Positions 1 through 8,771 of a DNA stretch of 32,606 nt are shown here, piece by piece. The notes under the pieces were generated by a model. That model did no database searches and had not been told where the DNA came from. It was given only the letters and a program-made list of their open reading frames with translations. Within the stretch, counting starts at the first letter, position 1, and each line of letters begins with the position of its first letter. The translations under genes were made by a program, and so were the position numbers. The DNA is taken from positions 2,010-34,615 of the forward strand of contig CAYQFP010000002.1 in the NCBI GenBank assembly GCA_964416865.1, in the 5' to 3' direction. This DNA comes from an uncultured Methanotrichaceae archaeon (GTDB lineage Archaea; Halobacteriota; Methanosarcinia; Methanotrichales; Methanotrichaceae).

Positions 1-33
1 TCTTCCTCGATCTCTTCCTCGATCTCTTCCTCG
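1..33. repeat. 12-bp tandem repeat tcttcctcgatc x2.75, lying inside the partial CDS and encoding an (EEEI)n acidic tail
   Basis: Read directly: 1-12 and 13-24 are identical, and 25-33 repeats the first 9 nt. Confidence 0.9.
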
Positions 34-383
34 TCGCATCCCCCTTCGCTGGAAGGATCTGCCCAACCCTCAACGATCTCTTTCACCTGATCTTTTTTAT
101 CCAGCCAGGCAGGATCCAGCATAGACCAGAACTGATCTCTGAACTCTTCACCGGATGTACCTGCCGCGAGCACCTTTCTCAACGCATCTAGATACTGCTC
201 ATACTCTTCGATCTCGAAATCTTCCATCTCCTCTCGGATCTCGCTGAGCCTGCCTTCCATGTACGCCGTCCCGCGCGTAGTGACAGAGAGATAGGGCCTC
301 AGCTCCACCCTGATCCCCGCCGCCCTCAGGTAGCCGGCGACATCCTCAGCCTCATCTCTATCGTATTCACCTAGCTTGAACAT
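1..383 (-). CDS. Hypothetical acidic protein, N-terminal part only (the C-terminus runs off the window start)
   Basis: It is absent from the ORF track because there is no stop inside the window. The ATG is at 383 (minus strand), and I checked the frame by hand as open down to nt 3 (127 codons): MFKLGEYDRDEAEDVAGYLRAAGIRVELRPYLSV...EGGCDEEEIEEEIEEE. A TATA-like TTTAAATAAAA (minus strand) lies at 404-414. Confidence 0.5.
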   Translation of the reverse strand, partial: MFKLGEYDRDEAEDVAGYLRAAGIRVELRPYLSVTTRGTAYMEGRLSEIREEMEDFEIEEYEQYLDALRKVLAAGTSGEEFRDQFWSMLDPAWLDKKDQVKEIVEGWADPSSEGGCDEEEIEEEIEE

Positions 384-449
384 CGTATGAAGATCTACCA
401 GGTTTTATTTAAACTGGTCGGTGTAGAATAGTATTATTATAAAATTTGT

Positions 450-474
450 GGGCACAGCGCCGCCCGCTGCGCCC
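450..474. terminator. GC-rich hairpin between two minus-strand genes, a possible terminator downstream of the MFS gene
   Basis: gggcacagcg / cgctgcgccc form a 10-bp stem with one mismatch and a 5-nt loop. Short T-runs flank it on both strands. Archaeal termination does not strictly need hairpins, so this is weak. Confidence 0.3.
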
Positions 475-547
475 GTGTGGTTTTCATTGGAAGGCCGATG
501 ATCCCCAAGTCCTGGATGTACCTCCTCGAGTCGCCTCAACTATAATT

Positions 548-1819
548 TCATTCTGGAGGAGCTGGTGGTTTCAGCAACACGAGGGCAACGACAATGCCGA
601 TTATCGCGAAGACTACTATAACTGGCAAGACGTTAAGAAATTCACCAGTTGTGTCTCTGACATAACCTGCAATTCTTGGCCCAATAAGTGCACCAGCGCC
701 GTACGCCGTAAAGACCACTCCGTAGCAACGTGCGTAATCCGCTGTACCGAAGAACGTCGCAGTGGTTGTAGGGCCTATGGCCAGCCAGCCGCCCAGACAT
801 CCCCACAAGAGGGCGAAGCTGAGAATGTATATAGGCTGGCTTGTGGGGGACATATACAGCAAGCCACATGCAGCCGCGATCAGCACGAAGGAGATTATGG
901 CTGTGTTTCTGGGATGTAGCTTGTCCGTCAGTGTTCCGAAGATGGGTCTACCGAACCCGTTGAATATGGCGAAGAAGGAGACCAGCATAGTCGCCAGCCC
1001 GGCCTCTACATGTACCATCTCCACGGCCACAGGCTTGGATATGGAGATGGCCATAAGTCCTGCGATACATCCGATGGTATAGCAGAGCCATAGACCATAG
1101 AACGCGGGCGCCTTCAACATCTGTCCGCGCTTGAAATCGACAGTCACGTGAGCGCCAGCAGTGGGTGCAGGCGGAGTCCATCCCTTGGGAGCCCACCCGG
1201 CCGGTGGGAAGACCAGCGGCATGGACAGTATCACGATCAGTATCAGGAAACCAATGCCGAAGAGTCGGAAAGTGTTCATCACTCCAGTGCTCGTGATGAA
1301 GTAATTGGCCAGTGCAGCAGTGAATACAGCCGAAAAACCAAATCCTAATACAGTAAAGCCCACTGCAGTTCCACGCTTGTCAGGGAACCATCTGGCAGCA
1401 ACGGCAACAGGACATCCATAGGCTATTCCAACTCCCATTCCGCCGACGACGCCGTACATCAAATACAGCATGTTCACAGGGTTGGAGAACTGCGTCACCG
1501 TGGATGCCAAGAACCATCCCAAACCTGTAAGTATTCCACCAACCAGGGTTACCTTACGTGGTCCGTACTTCTCGATGTATGGACCTGTCAGAACCATGGC
1601 GATGGCGAAGACGACCAGAAATACCGTGAACGGCATAAGGACCGCAGTCCTGCCGACGTTCAAACCAAGATCAGTATTGAAGAGATCCAACAGTGGCCCA
1701 ACGAAGATGCTCCACGAGTAGATGCTGCCCAGGCACAAGTTGATTATCATACCGCAGAAAACAAGCACCCATCGCCCCTTCTCGAGCTCCATACCAAGTA
1801 TACTATCACTGTCACTCAT
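548..1819 (-). CDS. MFS transporter, oxalate/formate antiporter (OFA) family
   Basis: 423-aa ORF with about 12 hydrophobic segments. It has the OFA-type N-terminus (RWVLVFCGMIINLCLGSIYSWSIFVGPL). A GAGGTG Shine-Dalgarno-like box lies 8 nt upstream of the ATG. Confidence 0.85.
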   Translation of the reverse strand: MSDSDSILGMELEKGRWVLVFCGMIINLCLGSIYSWSIFVGPLLDLFNTDLGLNVGRTAVLMPFTVFLVVFAIAMVLTGPYIEKYGPRKVTLVGGILTGLGWFLASTVTQFSNPVNMLYLMYGVVGGMGVGIAYGCPVAVAARWFPDKRGTAVGFTVLGFGFSAVFTAALANYFITSTGVMNTFRLFGIGFLILIVILSMPLVFPPAGWAPKGWTPPAPTAGAHVTVDFKRGQMLKAPAFYGLWLCYTIGCIAGLMAISISKPVAVEMVHVEAGLATMLVSFFAIFNGFGRPIFGTLTDKLHPRNTAIISFVLIAAACGLLYMSPTSQPIYILSFALLWGCLGGWLAIGPTTTATFFGTADYARCYGVVFTAYGAGALIGPRIAGYVRDTTGEFLNVLPVIVVFAIIGIVVALVLLKPPAPPE

Positions 1820-2274
1820 AAGTTTAACACCTCATAGTATCAGTAACATGATTTTCTTCCAATTCAATACAATCCACACATCAACTAATAATTAGATTCA
1901 CAGTCGAGCTTTTATACTCCCTCCCTAACAAATATAGCCTCAAATATTTGATAGCCTACTTCGTAGGGGCTCCTCATCTATTTAAGATTAGCGCCAAAAC
2001 ATATCAATTATACATTATATATTAAGATACGAGATGCCCCTGCGGTTATCAATACTTATTTTAGGGAGGGTGCACCGCATAAACGCAATTAAAATATTAT
2101 CATATACTCATGTCGTGCGGACGGTCATAGCCAAAAATATTGAAGCGGATTTCGAAAAAACCCCTCAAGAACCAAGATTCACCGACTGCAGTATTTAAAG
2201 GGCATTAGATCTTCACAATCTTCGATGATAACCTCTTTTAGGTAGGAAAGTTGGTTAGTATCTGGTGAGATGTT

Positions 2275-2835
2275 ATGATCAGAAGCAACCCCCCAACTTC
2301 GTGGAACAGCGTAGAATCGACGCCTAAAATAGCAGATACCGCCTATATAGACGAGTCGGCCACGGTCATAGGAGATGTCAGGATCGGCGAGAGGGTCTAC
2401 GTAGCGCCAGCCGCCTCCCTGAGGGCTGACGAGGCGACGCCGATAATAATCGGCGACGAGTGCAACGTTCAGGATGGTGTGGTCTTCCACGGCCTGGAAG
2501 GTAGCTCCATCAAGCTGGGTCGCCGAGTCAGTGTAGCTCATGGAGCCGTGGTACACGGTCCCATGAAGATCGCAGACGATAGCTTCGTCGGCTTCAACGC
2601 CGTAGTTCACGCCTGTGATCTGGGAACAAGATGTTTCGTAGGCCATGGTGCCCTGGTCATCGGTGTCAACCTGAAGTCAGGCAGCTTCGTGCCCCCTGGT
2701 TCCGTGATCGACACCCAGGAGAAGGGAGACGCTCTCGGTCCAGTACCCGATGACCTGAAAGGCTTCAACGAGGAAGTTGTGGGAGTAAACACGGAATTCG
2801 CCAGAAGTTATCTCGCAAAGGAGAAGAACCGTTAG
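2275..2835 (+). CDS. cam: Gamma-class carbonic anhydrase, Cam type (left-handed beta-helix)
   Basis: 186 aa. It aligns along its length with my memory of Methanosarcina thermophila Cam: PTAYIDESATVIGDVRIG, SLRADEATPIIIGDECNVQDGVVFHGLEG (Arg59, Glu62, Asn73, Gln75, His81, Glu84 equivalents) and VSVAHGAVVHGP (His117, His122 equivalents). There is no N-terminal signal peptide. Confidence 0.85.
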   Translation: MIRSNPPTSWNSVESTPKIADTAYIDESATVIGDVRIGERVYVAPAASLRADEATPIIIGDECNVQDGVVFHGLEGSSIKLGRRVSVAHGAVVHGPMKIADDSFVGFNAVVHACDLGTRCFVGHGALVIGVNLKSGSFVPPGSVIDTQEKGDALGPVPDDLKGFNEEVVGVNTEFARSYLAKEKNR

Positions 2836-2887
2836 AGAGATGGGCGGTGATTTCTCTTAGATACTGCAAGTAAATGTTCGCTTACGC

Positions 2888-3172
2888 TCACATTTGCTTG
2901 AGGCGCGCTATAGCGTTCTTGATCCATCGCCGGTGCAGGACGATATGGACCATTACTAGAGCGACGAAAATTATACTAGATAGGTTATGTAGATCTAGCC
3001 AATCATAACGTGCCAGCCCCAAGAAGATCCCATCGGACAGAGGGCTTCGTCCACCTCGAAAGCCATATCCTCCTGGTAGGACCTGCCACAAAACCAGGCC
3101 TGTGATCGTGGAGATCAGGAAAGCAAAAAAAGAGAGAATGTTGACGAGTAGGTTCGATTTAACTCGCTTCAT
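2888..3172 (-). CDS. Small membrane protein, DUF4405-like (3 predicted TM segments)
   Basis: 94-aa ORF with the pattern NILSFFAFLISTITGLVLW ... DWLDLHNLSSIIFVALVMVHIVLHRRW, typical of DUF4405. It starts 13 nt downstream of the stop of the preceding ORF on the same strand. Confidence 0.55.
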   Translation of the reverse strand: MKRVKSNLLVNILSFFAFLISTITGLVLWQVLPGGYGFRGGRSPLSDGIFLGLARYDWLDLHNLSSIIFVALVMVHIVLHRRWIKNAIARLKQM

Positions 3173-3185
3173 CTCTGAATCCGAC

Positions 3186-3467
3186 CTACTTGACAGGTCC
3201 TAGCGGCCACACTACCCTTCCGTATACCTCGTTCAGCACCTGAGCCATAGCACCGTATATCGCCAGTATCATAGAGCCCAGTCCAAACCAGCCTGCATTG
3301 TGCATGTTCAATAGAACGGTGGTCATGCCGAAGCCCATTAGACCGAGCGGTGCCGGGTTTGCTGTGACGTCTTTGACGTCCACCGGGCCTAGATGCATTA
3401 TATCTTTTGGCATATTTCCTTCAACCATATTAATTTCTCCAGTTAAAACCCCATAGCGAAAAATCAC
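3186..3467 (-). pseudogene. GPR1/FUN34/YaaH (SatP/AceP) acetate-channel remnant with an in-frame internal deletion; the reading frame is intact and the start is uncertain
   Basis: The N-terminal signature [34 protein letters not shown] is fused directly to the family's C-terminal signature [24 protein letters not shown]. Full-length members (E. coli SatP, about 188 aa, 6 TM) carry about 110 residues between these two blocks. Confidence 0.6.
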
Positions 3468-3972
3468 CCAATTATTCCTTATTTACATTTAACTACTCAG
3501 ATATGTCGATTGGTCACCCGATTGCGATCCTGTACTTTATGGCAAGTAAAATAACCGCGAAGGGTGCAGAAGAACGCTAAGCACTTAACCATTTATAGTG
3601 TTTAACGATACCTTTCAGACAAATCTCTAACTCGTAAGAGTATCATCTAATTGGTTCTCGACTATATGTCCCCTCTTCTTAATCGGCGGTTATATTCCAT
3701 GTTTGGTTACAGTATGCTTCATGTTTCGGGTAGTTCCTGCATAGTGAAGTCCCACGATAGTGGTTTAGGTGCCCTCTGTAGCTACATATACATTACATAA
3801 ATCTCTTTGCATTTCTGGGCTCGTCTTGCACGGGCCAGAGCACCAGACGTATCGGCTCGGAGATGAACGCGAGAGGGCAACACGACGAGACTGGGGTGAA
3901 CGAAAGCCACGTGTTTGCTACCGATTAAGAGATCTAGTAGATGGTCGAGAGAAGAGGACGACGTCTATGGCG

Positions 3973-5373
3973 TCATACCGAATCGAACGTTACGACTTTA
4001 TTGTAACAGTTGACTGCATCCTGGTACCGACCCAGCTTATAGAAATCGTCGCCTTTGTTGCCCCATGCGGTTAGATTCGACGGATCGTGTATGATGGCCT
4101 GGTCATAGCACTCGACAGCTTCTTGGTACCGGCCCAGATCGTCGAGGGCTATGCATTTGTCACACCAGATCGCCACGTTCGAAGGCTCGAGCTCCAGGGC
4201 CCGGTTATAGCTGCACACGGCCTCCTCGTACCTGCCCAAGTCGTAGAGAGAACGACCCATCTCGTTCCAGGCACCTGCATCCGAAGGATCGAACTCCATA
4301 ACCTGGTCGTAGCACTCGGCAGCTTCCTGGTACCTGCCCAGGCCGCTGAGAGCAAGACCTTTGCTGCGCCATACGCCGACATAAGATGGATCGATTTCGA
4401 TGACCTGGTCGTAGCACTCGACCGATTCTTTGTACTTTTTCAAGTTGCGAAGAGCAGAGCCTTTCTTGTACCAGGCATCTGCGTTTGAAGGACCGAGATC
4501 CAGGGCTTGGTCATAAGAGACGACCGCCTCTTCGTATCGACCCAGTTCGTAGAGGGCAGCACTTTTTTTGTTCCATGCGTCTCCACGAGATGGGGCGAGT
4601 TCCAGGGATCGGTTGTAAGAAGCTACCGCTTCCTCATATCGGCCCAGATCAGAGAGTGCAAAACCTTTATTGAACCAGCCATCTCCATCGAATGGGTCGA
4701 TCCTAACGGCACGATCATAGCATTCGACCGCCTCTTCGTGCCTATTCATACTTCGGAGAGCGGTGCCTTTGTTGTACCAGACATCTGCATCCGAAGGATC
4801 GAGATCCAGGGCCCGGTCGTAGCAGTCAACCGCTTCTCCGTACCGACCGAGGGCATAGAGGGTGTTGCCTTTGTTGTTCCAGGCATCTGCATCCGAAGGA
4901 TCGAGATCCAGGGCCCGGTCGTAACACTCGATGGCCTCTTCATCCCGGCCCAGATCGCCAAGAGATTGACCTTTGCCGTTCCAGGCCCCCTCGTCTGAGG
5001 GATCGATCTCGATGACGTGGTCGTAACATCCGATCGCGTCTTCGTGCTCATCTAATCGATCGAGAGCGCTGCCCTTGTTGTACCAGGCGTTTGCATAAGA
5101 CGGGGCGAGCTTCAAAGCCCGGTCATAGGAGACGACGGCATCTTCGTATCGGCCCAGCTGGTAGAGAACGCAACCTTTGAGGTTCCAGGCATCGGACGAA
5201 TTGGGACACTCGTCTAACGTCTCGTCGAGGACGTCGAGAGCGAGCTCATAAGACTCGCTGAAGTAAAGATCGAGAGCTTCGCCAAGGTTGCAGCTTGCCG
5301 AACCCACCTCACCCAGCGCCGGATAGACGCATACCAGGGCGAAGATCAGGATGGAGAAGACCCCCTGTTTCAT
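3973..5373 (-). CDS. Secreted or exported TPR-repeat protein (about 12 tandem 34-aa TPR units)
   Basis: 466 aa. It has an N-terminal signal-like segment (MKQGVFSILIFALVCVYPALG), followed by a regular 34-aa periodicity (AWxNKGxALxxLGRYEEAVxCYDxALxLDPS). Confidence 0.9.
   Translation of the reverse strand: MKQGVFSILIFALVCVYPALGEVGSASCNLGEALDLYFSESYELALDVLDETLDECPNSSDAWNLKGCVLYQLGRYEDAVVSYDRALKLAPSYANAWYNKGSALDRLDEHEDAIGCYDHVIEIDPSDEGAWNGKGQSLGDLGRDEEAIECYDRALDLDPSDADAWNNKGNTLYALGRYGEAVDCYDRALDLDPSDADVWYNKGTALRSMNRHEEAVECYDRAVRIDPFDGDGWFNKGFALSDLGRYEEAVASYNRSLELAPSRGDAWNKKSAALYELGRYEEAVVSYDQALDLGPSNADAWYKKGSALRNLKKYKESVECYDQVIEIDPSYVGVWRSKGLALSGLGRYQEAAECYDQVMEFDPSDAGAWNEMGRSLYDLGRYEEAVCSYNRALELEPSNVAIWCDKCIALDDLGRYQEAVECYDQAIIHDPSNLTAWGNKGDDFYKLGRYQDAVNCYNKVVTFDSV
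4782..4923. repeat. Intragenic direct repeat in the TPR gene: a 40-bp perfect copy at 4782-4821 and again at 4884-4923, offset 102 bp (one TPR unit)
   Basis: catctgcatccgaaggatcgagatccagggcccggtcgta was read at both positions. Similarity extends about 15 bp upstream with 2 mismatches. Confidence 0.9.
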
Positions 5374-5473
5374 ATTATCTTAAGTATTTTGAATACCAAT
5401 ATATCTTGTGGTAGGGAGGTTCTGTAGTTAACTTTTTCATCCATCCAGGAGGCGTAGTGATCAGGAGATCCAT

Positions 5474-6718
5474 GTGGCGACGTTCGATGAAGAGTACGAT
5501 CTGATAATCGTCGGTGCGGGCCCTGCTGGGCTCTTCTGCGCTATAAACGCTTACGAGAAGGGCAGAAAGATCCTCGTTCTTGAGAAGAAGCGATCTCCGG
5601 GAAGGAAGCTGCTGGTCTCTGGTTCCGGCCACTGCAATATAACCCACGATGGAGACATGCAAGCCTTCCTCGATCACTATGGCGATCACGGCAGGTTCAT
5701 TCGCCCGGCGATTCTCGGCTTCACAAACCGCGATCTGATCTCCTTCTTCGAGGCAAGGGAGCTGGCCATGACCAGGGTCGAGAGTGGCAAGGTCTTTCCC
5801 GAGACGATGAGATCTGAGGACGTGCTGGCCGTCTTGATCAGGGAGTGCGGTTCTGGGAACGTCCAGCTGAGGTGCGGCCAGAGGGTAAGCTCGCTTACCG
5901 GGAACGAAGACGGGTTCGGGGTGACGGCCGAGGGTTGCACATTTCGATCTGATCTTTTGGTCATCGCCACGGGCGGGCGCTCGTATCCCGCCACGGGCTC
6001 GACCGGCGACGGCTATAGGTTTGCAAGAAGTCTGGGACACGGCGTAACCGATGTTGTGCCCGCCCTCACACCGGTTCGCATAAAGGATCATCCATTCTCA
6101 GGGCTGGCCGGGATCACCTTCTCAGATATGGAAGTCTCTCTTTTTCGGAAGAAGAAGATAAGTGTCGTGCAGGGCGACGTTCTCTTCACCCATCAGGGGC
6201 TTTCCGGGCCTGGGATCCTCGATCTGTCTAGGCATATTAGGGCCGGAGATGTCCTGAAGCTCTCTTTCGTGCCGGCCAAGGAGCGGGAGGCTCTGGAGGG
6301 ACGACTCCTGGACTGGGCCCGGGAAGGCGGCACTAGAAGATTGCGATCCGTGCTCAGAGATTTAGCTCTTCCCACCAGGTTGACGACGAAGATCCTTGAG
6401 CTTTTGGGAATCCCCACTGACCTACGGTGTGCCCATCTGACCAGGAGTATGCGCATATCCCTGGTCGATAACCTGACCGCCTTTCCCACGGTCGTATCGG
6501 AGCTCGGCTGCTTCGACGTCGCCATGGTCACCAGAGGCGGGGTGGACCTTCGTTCGGTCTACCCGAAGACGATGGCGTCCAAGCTGGTCTCGGGCCTTTA
6601 CTTCGTGGGCGAGGTCTTGGACGTGGACGGTGATACAGGTGGCTATAACCTGCAGGCAGCCTTCTCGACGGCGATGCTCGCGGCAAGGAGCATACGCCGG
6701 AGTTGGGGCGATCTGTGA
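5474..6718 (+). CDS. FAD-dependent flavoprotein, HI0933 / aminoacetone-oxidase-like (BaiN family)
   Basis: 414 aa. GTG start with GGAG 6 nt upstream. Dinucleotide motif DLIIVGAGPAGLFCAI, and a C-terminal GLYFVGEVLDVDGDTGGYNLQAAFSTA typical of the HI0933 family. Confidence 0.8.
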   Translation: MATFDEEYDLIIVGAGPAGLFCAINAYEKGRKILVLEKKRSPGRKLLVSGSGHCNITHDGDMQAFLDHYGDHGRFIRPAILGFTNRDLISFFEARELAMTRVESGKVFPETMRSEDVLAVLIRECGSGNVQLRCGQRVSSLTGNEDGFGVTAEGCTFRSDLLVIATGGRSYPATGSTGDGYRFARSLGHGVTDVVPALTPVRIKDHPFSGLAGITFSDMEVSLFRKKKISVVQGDVLFTHQGLSGPGILDLSRHIRAGDVLKLSFVPAKEREALEGRLLDWAREGGTRRLRSVLRDLALPTRLTTKILELLGIPTDLRCAHLTRSMRISLVDNLTAFPTVVSELGCFDVAMVTRGGVDLRSVYPKTMASKLVSGLYFVGEVLDVDGDTGGYNLQAAFSTAMLAARSIRRSWGDL

Positions 6719-6744
6719 GTCTTGTTTGACGGTGTTGGAAAACA

Positions 6745-7185
6745 TCAAAGAAGCGACACCAGACACTTCTGCATCGATACGGCATCCCTTCCAGGCCCGT
6801 AATAGCTCTCCAAAATGGCCACGTACCGATAACCCAACGCAAAATAAAGAGCCAAAGCAGCCTGGTTAGTGCTCGATACCTCCAGCAGAGAGACCTTCGC
6901 GCCCAGGGCCGCGAACTCGTCTTCCAGAGCCTCCATGAGCATGCCGCCGATGCCTATCCTGCGACAACGAGGGTGCACATCCAGGGTGATCGCCTTTCCG
7001 GTCTTTCCGAAGCCCACCCCCGCCACGAAGCCCACCACTTCCCGGTCCACCGCCACCAAGGTGATGGCGTGCCTCAACAGATGCTCCAGCGCCTGCTCAG
7101 AGAAGGCCACCTCCGGCGGGAAGCAGACCTTCTCGATCGCAGATACGGCGGGCAGGTCCTTCTCGATCCCGGGGCGGACGTTCAT
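6745..7185 (-). CDS. GNAT-family N-acetyltransferase (RimI / N-terminal acetyltransferase-like)
   Basis: 146 aa. Acetyl-CoA motif HPRCRRIGIGGMLMEAL, then LEVSSTNQAALALYFALGY. Its start overlaps the upstream stop by 4 nt (ATGA at 7182-7185). Confidence 0.8.
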   Translation of the reverse strand: MNVRPGIEKDLPAVSAIEKVCFPPEVAFSEQALEHLLRHAITLVAVDREVVGFVAGVGFGKTGKAITLDVHPRCRRIGIGGMLMEALEDEFAALGAKVSLLEVSSTNQAALALYFALGYRYVAILESYYGPGRDAVSMQKCLVSLL

Positions 7186-7562
7186 CTTTCTTCGGATACC
7201 TGCTTTAGCACCTCCGAGTATGCCCCAAAGACCGCGGGAATGTCCACCGTGCCCATCACGTCTACGACGCCGACAGCGGCGATTATCTCGCCTTCGCGGC
7301 CCATTAAGGGCGCGACGGATACGGGAACCCCTTCGTATGCACCTCTATCGGGCACCGTCCGAACGGGCTGCCCCGACTTCAGCACATCTTCTAAAACCGG
7401 GCCTGAATATCGGTTGTCAAGGACCTTGCCATCCTCCACCCTGACCCCCGGCGCCCCGGCACACTCGATGGTGATCGGCAGCCCCAGGATCTGGTTCATG
7501 GCCAGCGCGAGAGGAGCTAGATCCTCCGACCCCGAGTTTTCCGATAATACCAGCTCAGCCAT
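7182..7562 (-). CDS. Conserved archaeal protein of unknown function (possibly DUF2111-like)
   Basis: 126-aa ORF in an operon position between argG and the GNAT gene. The composition looks coding. The family name is from memory only. Confidence 0.6.
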   Translation of the reverse strand: MAELVLSENSGSEDLAPLALAMNQILGLPITIECAGAPGVRVEDGKVLDNRYSGPVLEDVLKSGQPVRTVPDRGAYEGVPVSVAPLMGREGEIIAAVGVVDVMGTVDIPAVFGAYSEVLKQVSEER

Positions 7563-7601
7563 AGTGAGCGATCCGGCTTCGATTGTTGATAAAGTATGCC
7601 C

Positions 7602-8771
7602 TCAGGTTCTCTTCAGAAGTCGAGCCTGGAAGCCATGATACTTGGCGAACCCCTCGGCGTCCTTCTGGCTCAGGGTTTCGCTGTCGAAAGATACCATATC
7701 CTGTGAGTAGAGAGCATCGGGAGATCTTCTGCCCACAGACGCCGCATTACCGCAGTAAAGCTTCATCCTCACAAGGCCGTTGACCCTCTTCTGGCTCTGA
7801 TCCACGAAAGCGCAGAGATCGGCGTAGAGAGGATCGTTCACCAGCCCCATGTAGGCCAGCTCGGACCAGGCCTCGTCCACGGCGACCTTGAACCGCAGCT
7901 CAGCTCGAGAGAGGACCAACCTCTCAAGATCGCGATGGGCCGCCAGGAGCACCGTGGCCGCAGGATGCTCGTAGTTCTCCCGGGCTTTTAGACCTAAAAC
8001 CCGGTCTTCGACCATATCTGTCCTGCCCACACCGTGCTTCCCGGCGATCTTGTTCAGCTTTTTGATCAGCTCCACCCCACCCATATCTTCGCCATCGAGA
8101 GATACTGGCACACCCTGATCGAACCCGATCTCCACGATCTGGGACGGTAGGCTTTTTTCGGTGGACTCCGTCCAAGAATAGATCTCTTCCGGCGGCTCGT
8201 AGAAGGGATCTTCGAGAAGACCACCCTCGATGCTCCTGGACCAGATGTTTTCGTCTATGCTCCAGGGTTTTTCTTTGGTCACCGGCACATCGATCCCATG
8301 TTCCCTAGCATAATCGATCTCCCATTCCCTGCTAAGATCCAGGTCCCGCATGGGAGCGATCACCTCGAGCTCCGATGCCCTAAATATCGCCTCGAACCGG
8401 AGCTGGTCGTTGCCCCTGCCGGTACATCCATGGACCAGCACCCGGACCCCCAGCTTCCTGGCTATCTCTACGGTCTTCCTGGCGATGAGAGGCCTGGCCA
8501 GTGCCGTTCCCAGGATGTAGCCCTCGTAAGAACCGTTGGCCTTGATGGAGGGGAATATGTAGTCATCGACGAACTCTTCCTTGGCATCGATCACATAGTG
8601 TTCATCGCTCAGCTTCTCGGCACGTTTGTTTCCCTTATCGATATCCTCTGCCGGCTGGCCGACGTCTGTAAGGACGGTTATCACCGTATCAAAATCGTAT
8701 CGCTCTCGCAAGAGCGGGATACAGACCGATGTATCCAGACCACCGGAGTAAGCAAGCACAACTTTAGACAA
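7602..8771 (-). CDS. argG: Argininosuccinate synthase
   Basis: 389 aa. N-terminal [17 protein letters not shown]-pyrophosphatase motif and full-length resemblance to ArgG ([21 protein letters not shown]). Confidence 0.95.
   Translation of the reverse strand: MSKVVLAYSGGLDTSVCIPLLRERYDFDTVITVLTDVGQPAEDIDKGNKRAEKLSDEHYVIDAKEEFVDDYIFPSIKANGSYEGYILGTALARPLIARKTVEIARKLGVRVLVHGCTGRGNDQLRFEAIFRASELEVIAPMRDLDLSREWEIDYAREHGIDVPVTKEKPWSIDENIWSRSIEGGLLEDPFYEPPEEIYSWTESTEKSLPSQIVEIGFDQGVPVSLDGEDMGGVELIKKLNKIAGKHGVGRTDMVEDRVLGLKARENYEHPAATVLLAAHRDLERLVLSRAELRFKVAVDEAWSELAYMGLVNDPLYADLCAFVDQSQKRVNGLVRMKLYCGNAASVGRRSPDALYSQDMVSFDSETLSQKDAEGFAKYHGFQARLLKRT

Noticed and set aside
2179-2646. 155-aa minus-strand ORF overlapping cam
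   Set aside because: It is antisense to a gene with clear Cam active-site motifs, and it has no recognisable features of its own.
3769-4074. 101-aa plus-strand ORF at the 3' end of the TPR gene
   Set aside because: The track gives it a start with no obvious ribosome-binding site. A third of it is antisense to the TPR gene, and it has no motifs.
5375-6091. 238-aa minus-strand ORF opposite the HI0933-like flavoprotein; similar cases at 6869-7638 (+), 10618-11130 (-), 20714-21376 (+), 27091-27762 (-), 27892-28467 (-) and 28940-29644 (+)
   Set aside because: All are antisense or out-of-frame shadows of confidently identified genes. Their composition is typical of GC-rich non-coding frames.
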